Shown one piece after another: positions 15,901 through 27,105 of a stretch of 64,000 nucleotides of DNA; position 1 is the first letter of the stretch, and the number at the start of each line of letters is the position of its first letter. This DNA comes from Balanoglossus misakiensis (Eukaryota > Animalia > Hemichordata). A program made the translations under genes and the position numbers. The notes below the pieces were generated by a model. The model searched no databases. It had not been told where the DNA came from and worked only from the letters and a program-made list of their open reading frames with translations. Location of the stretch: NCBI GenBank assembly GCA_040954595.2, contig CM082598.2, forward strand, positions 3,528,465 through 3,592,464, written 5' to 3'.

Positions 15901-18806
15901 ACCAGACAAGATCCAGGATGCCATTAGGAGAGCTGTGAGTGTTTTAATCCTACTCTACCCATGTCCGCACCACACTTGGTTTGATCCTGCTTTTGTCAGT
16001 AGGAAAGGTTGAACCGTGTATTCAGAAATAGGGGTGAGAGTAATGAGATCAGAGGATAGTATAGTACAGTCAAACCTGTCATCTTTAATTATTGGCCACT
16101 TTTTGTTACAGTCCTTGTGCAATTAGCATGTGCATTAATTGACCTGTCAGTAACAGCCAGTTTAGGAAAGTCCCTTGACTGGCCACTATGTACAGGTTTG
16201 ACTGTAATTGCATGATGTGTTCTGTGTAAGAAAAATGAAAGTGATAAACATAGTGATGACAAAGTGTACATTGTGTACAAATGTATTTGAATCATCAGAG
16301 TTATTGAAATATATGTACTATCCTATCTCCTTGATTATTGCATTTGCAGGAAAAGATTGAACACAAACTGGGACAATCTAAATCATCTGCATCGAACAAA
16401 TACTGTGCTATATGCAGCGTACATGTGAAAGATGTAGAATCTGAGGTGAGTGTTTATGGAAAATTGTGGTCATGTGGAAGGTCAGAGGTTACAATGTTAA
16501 CATTCCTGCTGCCTGTGAGCGTGGCAATCACTGTTAGATTTGACAGATGTCATTTGATATCCTCTATTAGTGTGTTGTAACCCTTTCACCGCCATGGTTC
16601 AGTCCAAACCCATTGTTGCCTATGGTAGGCTTGGACCTCTAAAGTGGGAAATGGGGGTGTACATGTAAGGGTTAAAAGAGATGTGCAGAACAGGTGTTTG
16701 AACACTTTGAGTGTGTCTGTTTTTTTTTTCAATAACAGAGTCTGGAACCCCATTTAACCGGCGTCCGACACGAAAGAGTCAAGCAGATGTGTGAAATCAT
16801 TGTCATGGTCAAAAATGCCATAGAGAATAACAACCTGAAGCAGATTAGGTGGCATATTGAGGTAATTATCATTTCATATTTTCTCTAGATTCCATGAAGA
16901 TTTTGTTGTCAGTGTGACACACTCTGTATATTAAATTTAAAGGGACAAAGTCTCTCTCTCGCTGCCCTTTTTCCATTAATTATGTTTGATACAAGACACT
17001 GTTTATGTATTCTACATGATATATAGTGAATGAGCTTTCGACCACCCTCTTCCTCATTGTTTTCCTGCATTATTTTTTTCAAAATAAACTGCAGAATTCC
17101 TTGTGATCACAAAGTGTGACAGCCAAGCAATCCAGTCCTCGCATCAGACGTGAGTTCTATAAGCATACATGTATGTGTGTTCGTTTTTGCCTTTCAGGAT
17201 TACGAACAGATGTTGAACTACAGGCCAAGTGATGACAAAGTCTGGTTGTGTATGATTTGTAAGATCAAAAACACAGATCAGAAGGTCAGTGTGTAGTTTG
17301 GTTCACTTTTTCTTAAAGAATGCCAAAAACATGGTTAAGAGCAGTAATTTTACTGTAACTCTTGAAATATGAAATGTTCTGGAAGAATAAGTCGGTCTTT
17401 GAAAGTCCTGGATGGTGCACCATTATAAAAAAATCAGTTTTTTTCTCACACCTACCAACAGATTGATTATCTGCACTTTGAAACGTCACACCACATCACT
17501 GAGAAAATCTGCACGCTCACCATCCTGAAATCTCTGAAAGTGGTCTACAGCGCCCGACCGGTCCGCCCGGTGAAACCAGGGGGCACGTCCCGGTCAAGCA
17601 GGGGTCAAAGGTCATCTGAGCGAGGCCAAGAGGCGGCCGCGAGCACGGCCAGTGGAGGAGGGTACGGTGCGGACGTCGTCGACCCCGACGACGGAACGAT
17701 GGAGGAGGAGCTGGATTACGACGAGAGTATGCTGGTGGCGTTGGACGAGATCGGCAACGAGCTGTACGAGAACGAGGAGGACCCGCCCCTCTACCACCAG
17801 CCGGAGAGCTACCAGAAGGACGAGAGGAGACGGGAGGAGAAGGCGCCGCCGGAACGCAGCCGGAACGAAGATCCGTACCGGTATCGCCAACCGGAGGGCG
17901 GCTACCGGAAGGACGAGCGAAGAAGACGGGAGGAGAAGTCATCGTCGCGCGACAGGAATGTACGGAAGGACCACCACGATGACAGACGGAAGGAGAAGAA
18001 AGACGACAGATCCGGCAAAAGTCGATCCAAATCGTACAAGGATGAGGATCTCAGTAAAGGTTATGCTGGAGAAGTTGTTGGTGAGTACATGTAGTTATTT
18101 GGGTTAGCTGTTACTCGTTGATTTTTAACCCTTTCACCCCCAGTTCCCTCTTTCGACGTCCAACCTTACCATAGATGTGTATTCGGTTGTTAAGAACTAT
18201 CAAGCAAAGTATTAAACAAGTAAGAAGACCATGTTCTTTATCGGTTGGCATTTGCAGGGAAATCCTTCGTCAAGCCGGGATTTTATTGTTCGCTGTGCAA
18301 CGTGTACTACGGCGATGTAGAAGAAGCTTTCAATGTCCACTGCATGACAAGAGCACACTGTAGAAGGGTTAGATTTGTGGTAAGTCTCAAACCAAAATGA
18401 AATCAATATCAATAATTATGAAAAAAAGAAATAAAGTTTTATACATATAATCAGTATCACACAGAAATAAAGTGCTACGCTTGTTGGAGATTAAGTTTGG
18501 ACTGTCAGCCTATAGTTGAGTCCCCTACATTTCCGTTATAGCTGTGTTCTGCCCATGAATTTCTGGTACACTACTATTTTACATTAACAAGGGACATTAG
18601 CTGTTGTGTTTGGCTTTATATTTTTCAGTATTTTTTGTTCTCTGTATGAATTGCAATTTTTTGTTCTACTCCAAACATCATGCTAATATACCCATTACTC
18701 TGCTTGCCTTAAACTGTGGTAAATACAAAGTGTGGTTTTAATAAGGAATTTTTTTTCTTCTGAATAGGCAAATGACAGCAGAAGACAGCGACAGCGACCC
18801 AGATGA
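6721..18806 (+). CDS. gene A: matrin/U1C-type C2H2 zinc-finger protein (~1443 aa, 13 exons, 5 fingers), Matrin-3/ZNF638-like C-terminus
   Basis: Exons 6721-6808, 9722-12396, 14035-14091, 14263-14328, 14671-14793, 15351-15458, 15806-15934, 16350-16445, 16739-16861, 17198-17284, 17462-18080, 18258-18379, 18768-18806; all GT-AG with a continuous frame. Fingers: CYVC-x12-HLQGSLH, CLVC..HCGRQRH, CAIC..HLTGVRH, CMIC..HFETSHH, and GKSFVKPGFYCSLCNVYYGDVEEAFNVHCMTRAH. Confidence 0.85.
8929..9024. mobile_element. ~90-bp piggyBac-like MITE copy
   Basis: TTAACCCTTTCAC left end; internal GAGGTCCAA..ACCATAG..AACAATGG..TTGGACCA..CCATGG shared with copies at 16578, 18125, 24792, 27827, 36256, 48839 and 49272. 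Confidence 0.6.
11863..12162 (+). repeat. 150-nt (50-aa) near-perfect coding tandem duplication in gene A exon 2
   Basis: NPAFGP[E/A]DPSFTREYGRSDQEFRRVYGLDDPDTLDYRRDSYDRRDKT[G/S]SG twice, starting at 11863 and 12013. Confidence 0.95.
14814..15156. mobile_element. palindromic foldback/MITE element with long inverted arms
   Basis: ATCATTTAAGCGTCTCGAAACACTGATAAGAACTCCAATATAATTAGCCAGAGTAA is matched almost exactly by its reverse complement ending at 15156. Imperfect pairing continues for about 135 bp per arm. Confidence 0.8.
16065..16206. mobile_element. Tc1/mariner-pogo-like MITE (TA-CAGTCAAACCTGT...ACAGGTTTGACTG-TA)
   Basis: 13-bp terminal inverted repeats flanked by TA; related copies at 25195-25346 and 34442-34606. 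Confidence 0.75.
16578..16675. mobile_element. piggyBac-like MITE copy (opposite orientation)
   Basis: AACCCTTTCAC...AAGGGTTAA ends; internal sequence is the reverse complement of the 24792 copy. Confidence 0.6.
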
Positions 18807-19676
18807 GACGAGAGAAGCTGCAACCTGAGTTATAACTCAGTTGTGCAACAGCAAAGTTTTGATACATTTATTTCACTGATCAGATCATAAATCTTTATAT
18901 GTATACACTTCTTGTGTTTTGTGAAACTTGTTGTAATGCATTTACTAAGTTTATTTGGACTGTGGACATCCTAATACAGCTGACATGTACGCGTTTGTGT
19001 GCATGTCTATGTACTTAGTGAATGTAGCATTCTATTCTTGGATATCCATTTAAGTCATGTGCACAGTTTTGTAACAAATTTTCAGTTTTCATCTATTTTT
19101 GATTTCATGTCAGAAGACTCTGCTCCTCAATCATTTCATCATGGCTGCATTTGTGAAGCACTTGTTATTTTATTAAAAAGATAGTTTTTAGATACATATT
19201 CCTAATTTTGTGATCCTGGTTGTTGTTTTTTAAATCAAGAATTTTTTTTCTCAAATTACACAATCATGTATTTAAGATATATGAGAGCTGATGAGTTCGC
19301 AAATAAGTCTGTACATTTTTGCCATATTTGATAGTGACCTCTCTATTAAGTTACTGATTGAACTTAGATGTTCAACACTATTTTTAATTATGACATTATG
19401 CAGTCTTTTTCTGTGTTGTTGGTAAAGCTATCATGTTATTGTGGATGCTAACCATGTGTGTGGCATCTTTGAAAAATTAGTAAAAAATTTCTGACTTGGT
19501 TTGGTACTTCCTTGACGAACATTGCAGTGTTATACCATAGTTACAAGGAGAGTAAACGTTTTGTATCCAAGAAGCTTCCTGGTAATTATCAATGTTAAAT
19601 TTTCTTGTAATCGTTTCATAGGTTATCAAGTTTGAATTCAACTCTGTAATGTTAGTTATCTCTCTGTTATTGTTAA

Positions 19677-19682
19677 AATAAA
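19677..19682 (+). terminator. putative polyadenylation signal of gene A
   Basis: AATAAA followed by T/GT-rich sequence, about 370 bp before the gene B ATG. Confidence 0.45.
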
Positions 19683-20051
19683 CAAGCTTAATATCAAATT
19701 GAATGACGTTTTGTGCTTTATTTTTCTTCTATTGTGTTTATGTGAGTGTTCGAATATATATATAACCTTTTAATAATGCGCTGTATTCTCAATACACATG
19801 ATACAGGCCATAGTGAACTGCAAATTTGACAAGACGTGCTCTCTCTCTTTCATAATTTTGCACGGTGAAAGCATTTTCTGTTCTCGTTGTACGAGAGAAT
19901 AATCTAAAGTTAACTTTAGTAAAATAAGAGAAAACTACTGAATTTCGAGGCGCCATCTTCCTTAACCTTTGACCTACATAGGTCACCTGGGTCAAAACTT
20001 TCGGTGGAGGAGTTAAGTACCAAACAGGGGTCAACAAAGGTCACCGTCAAC

Positions 20052-23000
20052 ATGGCGTCTTGGAATCGCTTCGATCGGCGAGATTACCAGTTCGTTGGTA
20101 GTTTTCGGGGAGGGCATCGTCCAGGTAAGTAAAGTACAGTGAAAATGTTGGTTTTTCCACGAGAGGCCTTTGTCGCTTTTCACTAAGTGACGCCGTTTCT
20201 TCCGTTCTCGTAAAATGGCAAGCTCAGACAGTCATGACGGTTGCTCATCACTCAGTCAATAATGTACTCGAGGCTGCTATCAGCGAAGTTTAACTAGCAA
20301 GCATTAATTTATTGTGTGTAGCTGCAGTTCAGGAGCTCGATGTTTCGCCTCGGTTTGTGTCTTTTCATAATTTAAGTGTCCCTGAAATCTTCACTTTCAG
20401 ATCTATCTCAGCAGAGGGGGCGTGGCAGAGTTTTCCCGTCAGATGGGTGTAATACATTGAACAGCCAACAAGCTTTCACGAACAGAACTCAGATGAGCGA
20501 GTTCAACCCATCTGAGAGAAAACTTGAACATCAAAAATCGATCATTGAAGAGCATCTGAGCCAGAGAAATGTTGATCCGTCAACCGGTGCCCTGCTGCTA
20601 GAGATCTACGACACACTCGGGGAGTTACAGCAACCAGGGAAGAGGTCCAATAATGACAGGAGCAGAGATGTTTTCCCAGGTGAATATGCAGAGGAGGGGA
20701 GTATGGCTCCCCAGGGAGGCAATAGCGGAGGTCACATGGGACGCTATCACCATGGCGATGGTTGGCATGGGGATCAGAGGCTTTGGGAGGGCGATGGATC
20801 CCAAACAATGTTTGAACATGATCAGGGAAGATTCGCACATGATCACCCGAGACTTCCACATCAGAACAGGTTTGAAAACGGTAGGGAGAGAGTTCAGGAG
20901 GGTGTAGTACAACACTGCAGAGATTTTGATCTACCAGGAGAGGAACCAAGGGCAGCACGACAGCAGCAGCAGCAACACCAGCCTACTGCAGGATTTATTC
21001 CGGATCAGCATGTTAGGCAGTACAGAGGTCAACAGGATGTTTCTGGGCCACCAGGCTTCGATAGCCATCCAGTGCCGGACCCGGTGCAGGATAGTCATCT
21101 TGGCAACAGAGAATTCCATTCCAATTTCCAGAAGAGTGCATCTCCACGTCCGTTATTCCCTAACTACGGGAAGGAGCCGAAATGGCCCAGGAGAGACCAA
21201 GACAGTGTACCTGTACCTCCTCGTCCGTTGTTCCCAAACTACGGGAAGGATCCCGAACAGCCAAGGAGAGATAACCATCCAATGCCGGACCCAGAGCAGG
21301 ATAGTCATTTTTGCAACAGAGAATTCCATTCTAATTTCCAGGACAGTGCATCTCCACGTCCGTTATTCCCTAACTACGGGAAGGAACCGAAACAGCCAAG
21401 GAGAGATAACCATCCAATGCCGGACCCAGAGCAGGATAGTCATTTTGGCAACAGAGAATTCCATTCTAATTTCCAGGACAGTGCATCTCCACGTCCGTTA
21501 TTCCCTAACTACGGGAAGGAACCGAAACAGCCAAGGAGAGATAACCATCCAATGCCGGACCCAGAGCAGGATAGTCATTTTGGCAACAGAGAATTCCATT
21601 CTAATTTCCAGGACAGTGCATCTCCACGTCCGTTATTCCCTAACTACGGGAAGGAACCGAAACAGCCAAGGAGAGACCAGAATGTAATGCCACGTCCGTT
21701 GTTCCCAAACTACGGGAAGGATCCCGAACAGCCAAGGAGAGATAACCATCCAATGCCGGACCCAGAGCAGGATAGTCATTTTTGCAACAGAGAATTCCAT
21801 TCTAATTTCCAGGACAGTGCATCTCCACGTCCGTTATTCCCAAACTACGGGAAGGAACCGAAACAGCCAAGGAGAGATAACCATCCAATGCCGGACCCAG
21901 AGCAGGATAGTCATTTTGGCAACAGAGAATTCCATTCTAATTTCCAGGACAGTGCATCTCCACGTCCGTTATTCCCTAACTACGGGAAGGAACCGAAACA
22001 GCCAAGGAGAGATAACCATCCAATGCCGGACCCAGAGCAGGATAGTCATTTTGGCAACAGAGAATTCCATTCTAATTTCCAGGACAGTGCATCTCCACGT
22101 CCGTTTTTCCCAAATTATGGAGTGGGACCCAAACAGCCAAGGAGAGATCATCAGGACAGTGTACTGCCACGTCCGTTATTCCCAAACTACGGGAAGGAAC
22201 CCAAACGGCCGAGGAGAGACCATGACAGTGCCTCTCCACGTCCGTTATTCCCAAACTATGGGGTGGAACCCAAACAGCCCAGAAGAAACATGGTAATATA
22301 TGTACATGTACCTTGTATTGTAGTTGTACGATGTTAAGTGCTACCTCAGTTAGGAATGGGCTACCCCAGGCTTGTATGTCCCTGGTTTACCTAGCATTAT
22401 CCCAGTTGGAAAAAAGAGTTTTGATGTATGCTCACTGTACATGTATGTTACATAAAAAAATACATTGTTTCCAGGGACCAGAACACGAACCTCTGAACCT
22501 GGGAGGATCTGACCATCAGGCAATTGGTCATCCTGATGGAGGATTTTGGCCGCAGGGGATGATGATGGGACCTGAAGTGACCCACGGACACCGAGACACA
22601 GTGGTACCTCCACCAGGGTACGGACCCCAAGACACACCAGTAGCAACACCAGGGAACAGACCCCCAGACATACCAACACCAGGGCACATACCACCACTAG
22701 TACCAGTTCAGAGTGACCGAGCCGATTTCAGTATCTGTGATGTGTGTGGACATTCATATACAGGGGTGAGTATACATGAACATTATTTTTTGAGTGGTGC
22801 AAACACTCTGTGCAGCAGCTTTGCAAATAGGATACAGAACCAGACAGCTATAAAATCCATTTTCCTTTCTGGCTACAGTAGACTTAGTTTGGTTTTCACT
22901 TGTAACTGAAACATTCTACAGATACACCGTGATGATCTGCGTGTCTTGATTTTGTTTACAGGATCAATACGCTCACATGCAAACATCCTCAAGACACCAA

Positions 23001-26000
23001 GCGGCCATTGATCTCATGAGAAGGAAAAAAATACCATTGTTGAATGAGTTACCAGTAAGTACTTGTTTGCGGTTATTTTATGTTCTACTAGTCAGATTTA
23101 TACACATTGATACTTTTGATTGCAAGACTTCGAATAGGGTACATGTAAGCATGCATTTTCTAGTATCACTTTCATTTTCGTTCCTGAGAAGTTGTGACAC
23201 TAACAACTTTCTTTTTGGTCGTACACAGAAAACCGACAAACACAAATTGAAGTGGGAGGCTGTCAAATTGAAAGGTGGCTTGTGGTTCTGTTCAGTGTGT
23301 GAAAACGGTTATGAAGACTCAAAGGTATTTTTCTATTCAGTGTTTATTTTATTGTCAACAAAAAAACTAACAAATAAACAAACAAACATCACATCAAACG
23401 TTCTGTACATACATACAGACGTTCTGTAAATACATACATACATACATACATACATACATACATACATACATACATACATACATACATACATACATACATA
23501 CATACATACATACATACATACATACATACATACATACATACATACAGACATACAGATATACATATACATGTACATACCTGAGTACTGAAGATTAGACTGA
23601 TTGTTTCCAAATTGAACACTGCCAAATGTACATTTACAATATTTGTGCATGTCCTGTTCTCTTACCCTAGGCTTTAATCTTTCATCTGAGTGGCCAACGT
23701 CACCACTTGGTGAAAGACACACTCAAGGAGTTGGTTTCATCCTCAACTGATGCCACAGTAAGTACCGTATCATATTTGTGTGTACCCACCATCTTATGTC
23801 ATTACCGGTTGCCTGGAAAAACGTTTTGCTTCGGGTCGTGTAAAAGTTTCATTGGGTATTCCAATGCCTGTGTCTCTTGCTTGTAAAATGTACTATTGGA
23901 TTTCACCAGAATGAATGAAACTTTGTTGGACTGAAGTGAGAAAGGGTCAAAGGTTAAATAATGCTGTCATTACATTGATCTCTTTCAGAGTGCAGCAACT
24001 GAGGGCAACGGTACCGACGGCAACAACAAAGAGTCTGGGAATCATACAAACCCACTGACAGAAGATCTCGTAAGTCTCTTTATGCAAGCCTTCGTAAAAA
24101 GTGCTCTGTTGGATTTATCTCGAAACATAATTTCCGGGTGGAACGAAGTTTAATAGTCCATAGTGGTGTGCAAATTGGATCATTTATTAGCAGTGCCAAA
24201 TTTTTGTTGCAAACTTTCAAATGAAAGTACTGCAGATTACTTTCTACTTGTTGTTGAATGTCAATATTTCCAATGATTTAATTAGATCTTAGTATAGAAA
24301 TATTCACCATATGAGATCAGAATCATGTACTGTCTATGGTCTAATATCAACAAAGACATATTTATCTGGTTATTTGCAGTTGCTTCCAGAGTTACCACTG
24401 GCGGAAAGACTGAAGAAAATATTTAACAACCGGTGCTGCTTGATATGTTGTAATATCCTACCAACAAATATGAAAGTAAGTATTCTCAGACCTATGAAAT
24501 GATTGCCTATATTTTACATAACCAAAGAAGCCTCCTCAAATTTCAATTCTTAAGATTTGATCTTTGACGTAGGAGGGGTTCACTGCACTATTATTTTTTT
24601 GGCAAATTTTTTTGTAATCTTTCAACAGGAATCTTGGCACACCTTTGAAAACATCCACCAAGAGATGCACGACACATTTGAAGTCGTGCTGCGCACTACG
24701 AAAATTATCGAAGATTTTGCGAAGCCAGAGACAAAAGCCGATGCAATGAAAAGAGCAGTAAGATGAATTTTGAGTTCTATACACCCTGGGATTAACCCTG
24801 TCACCCCCAGTTTTGTCTGCAGAGGTCCAATTTTACCATAGAAAACAATGGTATTGGACCAAACCATGGTAGTGAAAGGGTTAAATTAATATAGTATCTT
24901 TTGGATGTGCACTTCGGTTGTTTCCATATCGTTAATTATAAGTACATGATGTTGAAAAACTGAGCAAAAAAAAAAAAATTTAATATCATCTTTTCAATAG
25001 AGTGTTGTGGAGAAGAGAATGTCTGGAAATGATGAGGAAGATCATCGCTGTCTTCTGTGTAACACAGCAAATTTGAAGAGAAAGGTGAGATGTTTCGTTT
25101 CTGTTGAGGACGCGATACGCTTGGCCGCAATTGGGTGGTTGTGACCTTTGAACTTACTGCATCATCATCATCATCATCATAATATTTGTGTGATTACAGT
25201 GAAACCTGTCTATAGCAGCTAGTCAAGGACTTTTGATTTCATAAACTGGCCTTTATAGACAGATGGCCAGCTTGAGTAATACACATGTAAATTGCACAGG
25301 GACTGTAACATAGTGGTTACTGTAGACAAGATCCCACTTCACTGTTGGTTGGACCATGAAAATCAAAGTAAAAAAGACTATTCTAACTCATGTTTTTTTA
25401 TCTGGTAGGATTATGTGTTGAAGCATTACAGAAGTGACAGGCATGTACTCATCGATAGTGTTCACTCAGCTACTGTCAAAGTGAAGTCAGCAGTTGAAGA
25501 TGGCGATGAGAATGGGATACAGTGCTTACTACAGGTTTGTGTTGTTCAGGGGTAGTGTGTGTGGAGAAATTGATAATTGGCACAGAAAGGAGAAGGGGGG
25601 GGGGGTACTGACTGACTCGGGAGGTAATTGGAATAGGAGGAGGTTGTGCTGAGGGTGACAGAGAGGGGTAATATGAAGAGGGGAGGGGTAGCAGAGACAG
25701 GGATGGTTCGTGCAGAAAACACCTTGCCTGTCTATCATACTTGCTTCTGTCATCCACCTTTTCAATAATTTATGGTTTTGCATTCACTGACAGGAATACA
25801 AGGAGAAGTTAGACCCCAACTCCACCGGAAAAGACAACTGGTCGTGTTTTCTGTGCGGCATAGAGTGTGCTACTGAAGAGGTGAGTGTAAGCAGAGGATT
25901 GTTTAACCATATTTCATCACCATATTGTGTGTACCTTGTCAGCAGTATGTGTGCATGTTGTCAGCAATATGTGTGTATGTTGCTTTGACAAGCTAGAATG

Positions 26001-26441
26001 TTAGCTCCCTAGTGTTAGGAATGTTTGTACAAATATATATGCATCCTACAATAAATAGATTTATAAAAATGAGTTTGGAGAATAAAATCATGAAAATATC
26101 ACCACAGTGTGCATCTTGAGAGTCTTAGAAGTCCAACACAGCCATATACTATAGCCTGTGTGTTTGACAGTCATTCTTATTCTCATTCTTCATCTGCACA
26201 GGGTTACAAGAAACACATTTCTCGTCTGTTGCCATCGCACATCATCAGACAAGTGGGGATGCAGGCCATTGCTGCCTCTCTACAGTGTCTGTGCCAAGCA
26301 GGCGTCGCCAAATTCGATGAACCGACGAAAGAAGACCCTGTGAAAACATCGGATGAACTGACTGATCCAAATGACGGGTCTCAATCAAGCGACATACCTC
26401 AAGAGAAAGAAATAATTTCGAACGAGAAAGAGGAATCTTGA
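20052..26441 (+). CDS. gene B: matrin/U1C-type C2H2 zinc-finger protein (~1124 aa, 13 exons, 5 fingers) with a 45-aa tandem repeat region
   Basis: Exons 20052-20124, 20401-22292, 22475-22765, 22962-23054, 23229-23324, 23671-23757, 23989-24069, 24380-24475, 24629-24757, 25001-25084, 25409-25534, 25794-25880, 26202-26441. Fingers: CDVC..HMQTSSRH, CSVC..HLSGQRH, CLIC..HTFENIH, CLLC..HYRSDRH, CFLC..HISRLLPSH. Paralogous to gene A (PLT[DE]DL, ERLxxIF, IIEDFAKP). Confidence 0.85.
21060..22290 (+). repeat. coding minisatellite, 135-nt (45-aa) unit with a 471-nt higher-order duplication
   Basis: Unit PRPLFPNYGKEPKQPRRDNHPMPDPEQDSHFGNREFHSNFQDSAS; 11 PRP[LF]FPNYG cores; the variant KDPEQ...FCNRE block recurs at 21241 and 21712. 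Confidence 0.95.
23431..23545. repeat. (TACA)n microsatellite
   Basis: Direct reading; intronic. Confidence 0.95.
24792..24884. mobile_element. piggyBac-like MITE, best-preserved copy (TTAA-CCCT...AGGG-TTAA)
   Basis: TTAA on both sides; ends CCCTGTCAC / GTGAAAGGG. Confidence 0.7.
25195..25346. mobile_element. Tc1/mariner-pogo-like MITE copy
   Basis: TACAGTGAAACCTGTC...TTCACTGT; shares the internal AATTGCACAGGGACTGTAACA with the 34442 copy and, reversed, with the 16065 copy. Confidence 0.65.
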
Positions 26442-26794
26442 TTTTAGTGTGCGCCTTTATTGCCAAACGTGCTTGTTTTTATGATTTCTGATTTATCCAT
26501 AATTGTACAATAAAGTTATCCAACATTTATCTCTACAAAAACTGCCGCCAGCAAAATATAAATATGTGACACAAAACCAAACCATGAAGTTTGGGAAATT
26601 GTGAATTATAGTCTGAAAAGGACTGCTGCAACTTTTTGTTGTTCTTTTTTAGAATGTTATTCTTAACAATTACATGTTCAAGACAGTTCTTGTCGTGTTT
26701 TCTGGAGTTTTGAAATGCCTAGTATTGTAACAAGTTTTTGACAATGCAAGTCACTGAGATGTTGTGTCACTGTATTTTAGTTTGGTATCTAATG

Positions 26795-26800
26795 AATAAA
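26795..26800 (+). terminator. putative polyadenylation signal of gene B
   Basis: AATAAA followed by a GT/T-rich tract; about 300 bp before the gene C ATG. Confidence 0.5.
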
Positions 26801-27105
26801 TAAATATGAGGAACCAAACTTTTGTGGCTTGTGTTTTTCTCACTTTTGCATTTAATGGTAGAAATATGTTGATTGCATGATCATATAAATCACTCCGTAA
26901 TAACTATATGCAGGTGACTTTATCCATATTGTCCAGTGAAATTGTTCAGATCAAATCTAATAGCATCACATTCCCATAAAACAGTAAACTTTAATAGTAA
27001 TTTCAGTGTTTGTGCGTGTGTGTCTGTTTCATTTGTACATTTCAAAGCCACGCCTACGCAGTGGAGAAAATAGACAACGGATCATCACACAAGTGGGAGT
27101 TCAAG

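Noticed and set aside
18769-18828. Alternative last-exon frame for gene A (QMTAEDSDSDPDETREAAT*)
   Set aside because: It looks protein-like but needs a phase-2 donor; the strong GTAAGT donor at 18380 is phase 0 and gives ANDSRRQRQRPR*.
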